A stretch of 64,000 nt of DNA from assembly GCA_002811645.1 (NCBI GenBank), contig PDIP01000019.1:314404-378403 (forward strand), in the 5' to 3' direction. Positions 55,845 to 64,000 of the stretch are shown piece by piece (position 1 is the first letter of the stretch; each line of letters starts with the position of its first letter). Under the pieces are notes generated by a model. The model searched no databases, was not told the origin of the DNA, and saw only the letters and a list, made by a program, of their open reading frames with translations. Position numbers and translations under genes: made by a program. Source of the stretch: Corallochytrium limacisporum Hawaii. Its lineage: Eukaryota; Protista; Pluriformea.

Positions 55845-56376
55845 TATTCAACCTGATAACCCCAGGCTTATGACTCAAATGGTATGACGCAATAGATCGT
55901 CCATGGCTGTCCACAATCGTCCACGATCCATGTATCACTCTTATAGGTATGGGGTTGCTACAGAGGCCTTAGCAGCCACGGCACACATGTGTCGACACGT
56001 TGACAGTCGAAGTAATTGAGAACGCATATATGCGCATCGACATGGGTCAGTGAGGAATACTCCTCTGCGCGGTGCTCGATGTGCACAAGAACGGTGCGTA
56101 TAGATCTTGAATGTATGAAAAGTGACCTCGCGTGACTCCGACCCTTTATCTTGTCACCCTCTGTCCGAACCCCACAACAGCAGAGCCAGCACGGGGATTT
56201 CGAAGGTCTGTAGTATTGAAGCGCCGGCCCAGGGAAGCGGAAAGCGAGGGAAGGGGGGAGGGGCCTAAAGGGCCGGGTACGAAGCATAGGAAACAATGCG
56301 GAGCGAAGGCAACCTGCAGAAGGAAAAAAAATGAGAAGATTAGGGAAGGGGGAAGGTAAATGGATGTGGGTGTGGG

Positions 56377-56601
56377 NNNNNNNNNNNNNNNNNNNNNNNN
56401 NNNNNNNNNNNNNNNNNNNNNNNNNNNNNNNNNNNNNNNNNNNNNNNNNNNNNNNNNNNNNNNNNNNNNNNNNNNNNNNNNNNNNNNNNNNNNNNNNNNN
56501 NNNNNNNNNNNNNNNNNNNNNNNNNNNNNNNNNNNNNNNNNNNNNNNNNNNNNNNNNNNNNNNNNNNNNNNNNNNNNNNNNNNNNNNNNNNNNNNNNNNN
56601 N
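56377..56601. other. Assembly gap (N run)
   Basis: Run of N within G-rich sequence. Confidence 0.99.
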
Positions 56602-57315
56602 GGGGAGGGGAGGAGGAGCGAGAGAGGGGGTGGGGAAATGGTGGTGGTGGTGGTGAGGTGGTGTTTAGGGTTGCAAAAAGTTACAAATTGCTTCGAAACA
56701 TACACCACAGAAATCTGGGAAACGCCAAAATAAAGTAGAAAAAGGGAGAGATACTCTTAAAAAAGGAATAAATCAGAATGGAAGAGAGAAGATAGAGAGA
56801 AAAAAGCAGGCAGGGGCCGGTTGGTGGGGGTAGCTGGAAAAGCTACCCGGTGGAGAGGAAAGATGCCGACACCGGTAGTCTCAGAGACGAACGAGAGATA
56901 GGAAGAGAGGGAGACACAGTGAGCGAGAGAGAAAGAGAGAGAGTGGGAGATCGCCAATCGCACAGAGATTGGGCCGGGTACCGGTCTCGTTGAGAGCGGG
57001 AGTGCAGGTGGCTACCCCTTCCAACTTCTCTCAGTCTGGCGACCGTTAGTCGGTGGCTTTGCCATATCTGGGCTGTGGTTGTATGTTGGCTTTTGGGTTC
57101 CCTTCACTCTCTCTCCCATTTACCACCCCCCCTCTCCTGGGAGTGGGCCCTTCTCTTTTTCTTTTTCAAGGCCCATACATTCTTCGGCCAATTTATCGGT
57201 GACGCAACATAAAATTGGACTCCCCACACGCATAAATTACAAATATTAGCCGTATGTAAAATATCTCGTGTCACTACAGCACTACATGTACATATTTTTT
57301 GCCCCTCGAGTTCTT

Positions 57316-57459
57316 GCCAATCTGAGCCCATGTGGTCATGGGTGCAGGCTTCAAACCTGTAGGTGTCTCGCAGGCACAGGGGTTCGATACCCAACGTATT
57401 TCGTCCCAGGATCTTACTGCCCGGGGGTGTAAAGTGGGCGAAATTCCTCCTGATTGGCG
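57316..57459 (+). tRNA. tRNA-Sec: tRNA-Sec (anticodon UCA), eukaryotic 9/4 fold, intron-containing; exons 57316-57388 and 57445-57459
   Basis: Acceptor GCCAATCTG/CTGATTGGC (9 positions, with the U:U pair found in vertebrate tRNA-Sec). D-arm CCCATG-TGGT-CATGGG (6 bp, 4-nt loop). Anticodon arm TGCAGG-CTTCAAA-CCTGTA (TCA at 57351-57353). Long variable arm GTGTCT-CGC-AGGCAC. T-stem GGGG/CCTC (4 bp). Discriminator G at 57459. Confidence 0.95.
57389..57444 (+). other. 56-nt non-canonical tRNA intron at position 59/60 with bulge-helix-bulge motif
   Basis: GGGG-TTCG-AT^A-CCCA ... TGGG-CGAA-AT^T-CCTC. Removal restores the 7-nt T-loop TTCGATT. Confidence 0.88.
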
Positions 57460-57464
57460 CCACA

Positions 57465-57473
57465 TTTTTTTTT
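57465..57473 (+). terminator. RNA polymerase III oligo(dT) terminator of tRNA-Sec
   Basis: T9 run starting 6 nt after the discriminator base. Confidence 0.8.
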
Positions 57474-57853
57474 ATGTCCCTTTTTTTTTTTACTTCTTTT
57501 ATGAAGGGTTTCCGGTTCTTTATGTGTCCGTGGACATGGAGAACGAGAGAAGGCAGATGGCGGCTGGCCGCCAAGGGCATTGCCCAAACCACTGGGACAC
57601 TAAAGAAATCTCTGAACGGAACGAACATCTTGATGGGCGAAGGGAGTTTGTTGTGTATTCATAAAACTAATGCAATTTCAACACATCTACAAAGCAAAAA
57701 GGCCAACGACAAATTGTGCAGATTTGGGCGAATGTTACACAATAAGCCGTCATGCTCTTCTTGGACATGCTTGAATTTGTGTTAAACTGATAAGTTGTGT
57801 TGATTTGGGGGTGGGTGGGTCTTGAAGTGATGTTTTCTGGTTTTCAATAAAAT

Positions 57854-60800
57854 TTACAGCCCCTTCCTGCCAAGGACACGGTAGCGCTGCTCGCGCAGAC
57901 GTCCAAGGCGCAAGCGGGCGTCCTGCAGCTCACGCTCCAGGCGCAGGACCTCTGTCTGGAGATCCTGTTCCTTGCGCATAAACTGCACCATAGACATGGG
58001 GGTGTCAGTGTCGAATTTGCCGGAGTCCTTAGTCTCGCGCTGGCGCACGGCTTCGACGAGACGATCGGTGGCACCCTTGACCTTCTTGCCGGCACTGTGC
58101 AGATTCTGAGAGGTCTTTGCGTTCGGGTCAGCCTTGACCTGCTGGGCCACCAACAGCTGGGCAGTGCAGGCGGCAACATTGCGGGCGCAGGCAATCAGAC
58201 GATCCTCGGGGATGTCACCTTCGGCAGCAACAATATCATTACCGACGGTACACAGATCCTTTGTGCCAGAAACAACGGCCTTGGCAGCGGATACGAGACC
58301 TTCAGACCACATGAGGTCCTCATTGTAGCGAGTGGAGCTCTTATCGACGGTAATCTTTCCATCCTTGATCAGTTCCTTGTTGGCAGCAATGGCGCAAGTG
58401 ACCAGGCCAGCACAGGCTTGGGCAATCGCCTGTGTGGCTCCAAGGAGCATGGATTCCATCTTGACATCGTATCCAAGATCTTCTGCCTTCACATTCTGCA
58501 TTTCCGCTTCGCGGGACTCCTTGAGGGCCTTCATGTCACCAGCAGCGGCCTCGATAGCGGCCACCGCATCAGTTAGGCTCTGCTCGGCAATCTTCGCAGG
58601 ATCGTCGGCGTCGTCCTCAAAGTCCTGGCCAGCCAAGCGACGGCACATGTCGTTGATGCGACCAAAGGAGTTGGCGACGAGGCGCATGACAGTGGAGTGA
58701 TCACCGTCCTTGACAGACTCCGTGAGATCACTGTTCAGTGCCTCAAGGAGATCACGCAGACAAATACCTCCTTCCAAGACCACACGCTGTAGGTTGCGGC
58801 TGCTGTCATCTGTTTCACAGGACAGCATGACGCTGCGGCAGGTGTCGAGCATGTTCAGGGCATTCTTGCGCACAGTATTGGAACGCTCAGCCACGTCCTT
58901 CACGCGGCCTTCCTCCACAGCCGCGGACAGCTTGGCAGCCTCGCGGCTGGCCGTGAAGGAGAAGCGCAGGAGCTCTTCAGGCTCTGCCTGTTGGGGCAGT
59001 TGCTGAAGAGAAGACTGGGGACCGGACGAAGTTGCGGCCTTCTCAAGGTCTGACATTCCCAACTCGAGGGCATCGAGTGTGCCTTGGAGAGCGAGAGAGG
59101 CGCGCATGTTCTCATCGTCTAAGGAGCCAGACAGGTCGTTCAAGTTCTTGACCAGTGATGACAGCTTGGCAGCAGCCTCTGCCAAAGAGCTTTCGTCATT
59201 TGCGGTGGCGCTGGTGCCCTTGGCGGTCACACTCTTAGCCTGAGCCATCACAGCAGACATAGCACCGCAGATGTCCTTGGCGGAGTTGAGCAGCAATTCC
59301 TTGGTGGATTGGTCGCCGTCATCGGTCAGACTGCGCACTGCAGTTTTGGTGGCAGCCACAAGAGAAACACAGACACTGCTGGAGTCGTTGGCGATCTTTT
59401 CTAGCTCGTCTTGGACGGTGGAAGAATCGGCGCTGACAACCTTGTTGGCACCAGAAGCGGCGACGGCCACATCATTCAGAGCGTTCCGCAACTTCACAGC
59501 CGCGTCAGCAGTGGGCATAACCTCACCTTCCTCATCGGCGAAGGAGCCAGCTGCCATAAATAGTGTGGCGGTCGCCAGTTCGTTCATCAGATTGTTTAGA
59601 CGGCCAATGGAGGTGTCACACGCAAGAGAGCCCTTCTGCGCTTTCTGCAAAGTCACCAACACATTCTGAATGGCAGTCATCACTTCGTTAGAACGGTCAC
59701 TGAAGCCACGGCGAACAGGTGAAGAGGTCGGGCTGGCAAACAACTTGGAAGCAGCTTCCGTCATTCCAACATACTTCATACCGAGGGCCTTGGTGTCAGC
59801 CAGGATGGCCTCCCGCAACTCGCCTGCCAGCTTGTCCTTAGCAGCGTACGCGTGCTGAGCCACACTGGCAAACTTGACGTACCCCTGGGCAGCCTCACGG
59901 CAGGCCCGGGGCAATTGCTCCGGTGGTGCCATAAGCACACCACTGGTACCCTGACCAACGGTTTTAGCAGCTTTGAAGAGAGCGTCCACCAGGGAATAGT
60001 TCGCACCAAACCCGTGATCGTTACCCTCTGGTGTATCGGTGAGTGTAGCACCAGCACGGTTGATAGTGGTAATAATCTCACCAAAGACCTTAGCATTGTC
60101 ACCAGCGGATTGCAACTGGGTCTCCAGGGTGGCTAAGCTGCGGCTGAGGTCCTTACCAGCTGCTTCCACCTGAGTGTGGGCCTTGCGGGCCGCACGATTA
60201 CCACCGGATTCCTTGGTGGCATAAATGAGTTGCATGCCGGCCTCGAGGGAGGTCTTGGCATGGGTGATGGACTTGGCTTGGAGGACCTTGTCAGTCGATG
60301 GCAGCAAAGAGCTATAGCCCACAGACATATCTGCCACGGCGCGCACGTTTGCCTGCAAAGACACGACGGCATGACCTAGACGGTTGGGCTCACCCTTGGC
60401 AGCCACAGTGACATCCATGATATCCTGCTGGACATTGCTGATCGACTCCAGGAGCTGACTCATGTAGCCATCAATGTCTTGATCTTCACGGGGTTCAAGT
60501 TCACCCATTGTCACTGCCAGCAAGGCACGATCCAGTTCAGTCATGGCCATAGTGATTTCATCCATGGCCTCAGCGCACTGCTTCTGACCAGGAGCAGCAT
60601 CCTGAATGCACTGCAGTACGTTGCGAACCACATCATTGATGCCCTTCGAGTACAGGTTCATTGCATGCACAGGCGCAGATGATCCACTCTCCACTGCAGA
60701 GTTATCAGCGCCGCGCAGCCAACCCCGTAGTTCGTCGGTCAGGCCGTCAAATTGGTCGGTCAAACGGCCAGCAGTGTCAATAATGGGTTCCATGGCAGCA

Positions 60801-63800
60801 CGTCCCTCAAAACCAATGACAGCTGCAGTGCCGCTGAATTCAGGTCCACTCAGGGCCTGGCTGACGTTCTCAACCTGTGCACTAAAGGCGTCCGCAGCCT
60901 CTGAAATTTGGTCACGAACTTCAGCGTTGTCACCGGAACCGATGGTCTTGATAGAGCTAACAATGCGGCTGAGACCGCTAGCCAGTTCCTGAGCCCGGTC
61001 ACGCAGGCTGTCGGCGGAGTAGGAGTTGTCCTTCTCCTCAATACTGTCAGCCGCAGCACGAATCATCTGAATAAGCGTACCACCGTCAACAGTCATAGAG
61101 GTTGCAGCCTGCAGGAACTCATCTGTGGTGCGAGTCTGCTGGCGAAGCATTGTGCACTGGTCCTGCAGCTTAGAGGTCACGTTAGTGACGCGCTCCATGG
61201 CAATCAAACCTGGCACGGCAGCGGTGGAGGACGGATCAGCAATGGCAACCAGATAAGCAGAGTGAGCAGAGGCGGTGAGAATATCGGAGAGCTCACGAGC
61301 AGCTTCCAATAGACGCGGGCCAACCTCTTCTCGCTCACTATTGCGGACCTTATTGGTGATCTCATTGAGCATTTGCTGGGCATCCTTGGACTTGTCTCGA
61401 ATGTTCGCAACGCAGTCGAAGTAAGCAGCATTGAGCTGAGGGTATTGGGCCTGGTGCAAACGGTTTGCACCCGTGAGCACAATGTTCTGGGCCTCGTCAC
61501 ACTCACGCAGACCAGGGATGTCGCGGGCGATCAGAGAGGCCAGCAGACCGTTGATGCTCTCGCTCATCTCACGAGCAGCGACAGCAAGGGCGTTGGTTAG
61601 CTGAGGGGAGGTCGGATCGGTGACGCCAACTTTAGCAGTGTTCAGCAATTTGACTGTGGTGACAGCCAAAGACGCGACATAGTCGATAATGTCATCCCGG
61701 GCCTTGGGGTCACTGCAGATGTGGGCCAGACCACAGGTGGCCAGGTATAGCTCCTCAAAGCTGTGGTAGACCTGGTTTGCACTGCGTGCCACAGCATCAT
61801 GGCCCTCGTGGGCAGCTGTCTGGAGCTCAGTGGTCGCATTGCGGAAAGTGGCAGCCAGCTTGTTCACACGGGCGGTGAGATCATCGTAGCTGAGCTCACC
61901 ATTCATGCCTACAACATTGGTGGTGTCTGCCTCTCCGCTGATGAGCTCGTTGATAGCAGCAACTGCCTCATCCACGTCGCGGACACCAGGCAGATGTGGA
62001 ATCATTCCCTTGAACAAAGCGCTCAGGGCAGCAGCAGCAGACTTCAGATTTTCAATCTCTTTAGGCTGGACGGCACCCTCACCTTGTTCTTGGTGCTTCT
62101 GCAGAGCCTTCTGTGCACCGACAACAACGGCGCTGGACTGATCAAGAATAGCCAACAGGCTCTCCATGATACGGCGTTTGTTCTCCATACCGAGCTCATC
62201 GTCGCTGTCCTCAGCAGCCGCAATGGCACGGATGTCGAGACTGAGTTGCTTGGAAGCGCCAGCAACATCACGGGCAAGCTGAGAGCCCAGACGATTATCG
62301 CCAGACTCAGCAGCAGCACAAAGCTGCGCCATGGCGGACCGCAGCATACGAGCAGTGGAAGTCAGGTTCGACACTGCAGCGTCACTGTCTTCTCCAGGCA
62401 GCACAAGCAATTTACCGTTGTCAATGGCCTCCAAGTTAGCATTGGCGTTGGCCTTGAGCTTCTGCAACTGTTGCACCGCTACGGCCATTTCCAAGGGCAC
62501 ACACATTTCCTGCGCCCCTTTAGCCATCTCGTTCAACGCATTGGCAGCTTTGGCGGATTCAAAAGCAGCTTGGTTCAAGGTGACAGCAGACGCACGGTCC
62601 TCAATGGCAGGTCCACAGGACTTCGAGGTTTGCACAGCCCGTAGGGTTGGTACAATGGCCTCCAGGCAGGCACTGACGAGATTCAGGTGGCCTCCAGCAT
62701 CGTCCATGTCATTTTCAAAACCATCGATGGCATCAATGAGCTGAGCACAAGTGGTACCGTTTTCCTTGAGCACAGCGGTCATCTGCTGCATCAGGTGCGG
62801 GTAACGGATCTTGTTAAGCATAGTGTTGGCTGTAGTGCCGAGATCAGTGTTGCGACCGTGCAACTGACGAGCACATTCAGCAAGATTGCGCATGACGCGC
62901 TTGCGCATGACATCCTCAGCAGCAGCAAAGGCAGCATCCTTGACCTTGTATGCGGCAGATTTGAGGTCAGCTTGGGCATCGGGGTCGTTGGGATCAACAT
63001 GGGCTTCGCGAATGGCGGCGATAAGGCCAGAGGTTGCATCTGCAATACTCTTGGCAGCGCCCAGAAGGCGACTTTTCTCGTCGTCCCCGTCGGCCAGGTT
63101 CTCAGTGCGGGTCTTCAGGTTGGCAACCAGGACACCGGCAGCGCTGCCCATGACCTTGGCAGCCTCTACCATGCCACGAGTGTTACCCAGAGAGTCAATG
63201 AGTCTGTCGCAGCCGGTGACAATGTCGTTGCAGGCACGCTCCACCTCGCTCTCGGGGGTGGCAGTAACTTGACCACCGTCCTCGGCGGCTTGACCGAGAT
63301 TTTCCAGAGCGTTCTTGAGGTCCTTTGCGGCAGACAAAAGACCACCAGAGTCATCACCAGAAAGCATGTTTGTGTCGCAAAGTTGAAGAGCCTCCTCCAA
63401 GGATTGCTCCACAGCACGAATAGCAGCCATCAGCTTCTGCTGAGCTACTTCAGAATGCAGCACTGGGGTCAGCAGTTTGCTGATGGCAGCAAGGTCACTG
63501 CAACGCTGGCTAAGATCCTTGGCGCAGTCGATGAGACGGCTCTGCTCGAGAGGGTCATCACAGGCAGAGGCAGACTGCTTAAGAGCGGTAAGCATGGCCT
63601 GACCGCGGGCAACCAAAGCCTTGCTCAAGTCGTGCATGCCCTTAACGTTGTCAGGGGTCATGTGTTGACGACCACCCATGCGACTGAACAGCACCTGAGT
63701 GGCCTTACCAAGGCCTACGGCTGAAGCCAGCATTTCCATGCGTCCCATAGTCTCGTTATCGTCGATAAAGTTCATCATGTGGCCGGTAGCATTGGCCATT

Positions 63801-64000
63801 TCCCGAGCAGCAGCAAGAAGCTTGGCAGATGCCTCGTCGTCACCAGACAAAGCAGCGAGCATGCGAATGTCCTTCACGCCAGCGTTCAGTCCAGCAATAA
63901 TTGCAGCAATCTCCTTGGCAGCCAAAGCGTTGTCGAGACCTTCCTTACCATCTAGGCCGGCGGTCATCTCACAAAGATTGGCCGCAGCCGTGCAAATGTT
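57854..64000 (-). CDS. TLN: Talin (rod and C-terminal I/LWEQ actin-binding domain; N-terminus outside window)
   Basis: More than 2000 aa of Ala-rich helical bundles (APGQKQC, PGLRECDEA); WSEGLVSAAKAV, TAQLLVAQQVKADP; dimerisation helix QTEVLRLERELQDARLRLGRLREQRY. Frame is open to base 64000. Confidence 0.93.
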   Translation of the reverse strand, partial: NICTAAANLCEMTAGLDGKEGLDNALAAKEIAAIIAGLNAGVKDIRMLAALSGDDEASAKLLAAAREMANATGHMMNFIDDNETMGRMEMLASAVGLGKATQVLFSRMGGRQHMTPDNVKGMHDLSKALVARGQAMLTALKQSASACDDPLEQSRLIDCAKDLSQRCSDLAAISKLLTPVLHSEVAQQKLMAAIRAVEQSLEEALQLCDTNMLSGDDSGGLLSAAKDLKNALENLGQAAEDGGQVTATPESEVERACNDIVTGCDRLIDSLGNTRGMVEAAKVMGSAAGVLVANLKTRTENLADGDDEKSRLLGAAKSIADATSGLIAAIREAHVDPNDPDAQADLKSAAYKVKDAAFAAAEDVMRKRVMRNLAECARQLHGRNTDLGTTANTMLNKIRYPHLMQQMTAVLKENGTTCAQLIDAIDGFENDMDDAGGHLNLVSACLEAIVPTLRAVQTSKSCGPAIEDRASAVTLNQAAFESAKAANALNEMAKGAQEMCVPLEMAVAVQQLQKLKANANANLEAIDNGKLLVLPGEDSDAAVSNLTSTARMLRSAMAQLCAAAESGDNRLGSQLARDVAGASKQLSLDIRAIAAAEDSDDELGMENKRRIMESLLAILDQSSAVVVGAQKALQKHQEQGEGAVQPKEIENLKSAAAALSALFKGMIPHLPGVRDVDEAVAAINELISGEADTTNVVGMNGELSYDDLTARVNKLAATFRNATTELQTAAHEGHDAVARSANQVYHSFEELYLATCGLAHICSDPKARDDIIDYVASLAVTTVKLLNTAKVGVTDPTSPQLTNALAVAAREMSESINGLLASLIARDIPGLRECDEAQNIVLTGANRLHQAQYPQLNAAYFDCVANIRDKSKDAQQMLNEITNKVRNSEREEVGPRLLEAARELSDILTASAHSAYLVAIADPSSTAAVPGLIAMERVTNVTSKLQDQCTMLRQQTRTTDEFLQAATSMTVDGGTLIQMIRAAADSIEEKDNSYSADSLRDRAQELASGLSRIVSSIKTIGSGDNAEVRDQISEAADAFSAQVENVSQALSGPEFSGTAAVIGFEGRAAMEPIIDTAGRLTDQFDGLTDELRGWLRGADNSAVESGSSAPVHAMNLYSKGINDVVRNVLQCIQDAAPGQKQCAEAMDEITMAMTELDRALLAVTMGELEPREDQDIDGYMSQLLESISNVQQDIMDVTVAAKGEPNRLGHAVVSLQANVRAVADMSVGYSSLLPSTDKVLQAKSITHAKTSLEAGMQLIYATKESGGNRAARKAHTQVEAAGKDLSRSLATLETQLQSAGDNAKVFGEIITTINRAGATLTDTPEGNDHGFGANYSLVDALFKAAKTVGQGTSGVLMAPPEQLPRACREAAQGYVKFASVAQHAYAAKDKLAGELREAILADTKALGMKYVGMTEAASKLFASPTSSPVRRGFSDRSNEVMTAIQNVLVTLQKAQKGSLACDTSIGRLNNLMNELATATLFMAAGSFADEEGEVMPTADAAVKLRNALNDVAVAASGANKVVSADSSTVQDELEKIANDSSSVCVSLVAATKTAVRSLTDDGDQSTKELLLNSAKDICGAMSAVMAQAKSVTAKGTSATANDESSLAEAAAKLSSLVKNLNDLSGSLDDENMRASLALQGTLDALELGMSDLEKAATSSGPQSSLQQLPQQAEPEELLRFSFTASREAAKLSAAVEEGRVKDVAERSNTVRKNALNMLDTCRSVMLSCETDDSSRNLQRVVLEGGICLRDLLEALNSDLTESVKDGDHSTVMRLVANSFGRINDMCRRLAGQDFEDDADDPAKIAEQSLTDAVAAIEAAAGDMKALKESREAEMQNVKAEDLGYDVKMESMLLGATQAIAQACAGLVTCAIAANKELIKDGKITVDKSSTRYNEDLMWSEGLVSAAKAVVSGTKDLCTVGNDIVAAEGDIPEDRLIACARNVAACTAQLLVAQQVKADPNAKTSQNLHSAGKKVKGATDRLVEAVRQRETKDSGKFDTDTPMSMVQFMRKEQDLQTEVLRLERELQDARLRLGRLREQRYRVLGRKGL

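Noticed and set aside
57396-57434. GTATTT...TAAAG as a spliceosomal intron inside tRNA-Sec
   Set aside because: Its removal leaves 17 extra nt in the T-loop; only the BHB cut sites restore a canonical cloverleaf.
57104-57785. Overlapping short ORFs across the tRNA-Sec locus
   Set aside because: Low-complexity translations with no family features; the region is explained by the tRNA.
58097-63724. Long plus-strand ORFs antisense to talin (and similar ones opposite other CDSs)
   Set aside because: Shadow frames expected from codon bias of the real gene.

Overview
Compact eukaryotic DNA with no introns needed to explain any long CDS. It holds about 19 intact or edge-truncated protein genes, one pseudogene fragment, three short N gaps and homopolymer-rich spacers. 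Talin, Rabex-5, WDR7, Med12, Hv1 and SCPEP1-like genes in near intron-free DNA suggest a unicellular holozoan, possibly Corallochytrium-like (inference only). The main discovery is a selenocysteine tRNA (anticodon UCA, eukaryotic 9/4 fold) at 57316-57459. It is split in the T-loop (position 59/60) by a 56-nt intron whose ends form a perfect archaeal-type bulge-helix-bulge (BHB) splice motif, and the intron's first bases rebuild the Pol III B-box. The second highlight is an accessory island (5.7-14.8 kb) with two secreted aerolysin/ETX-MTX2-like pore-forming protein paralogues, a decayed third copy and a shared upstream motif. Also notable are a large BTB + TIR-like protein and an Hv1 proton channel lacking the first S4 arginine. 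All family calls come from reading motifs by eye; no searches were run.
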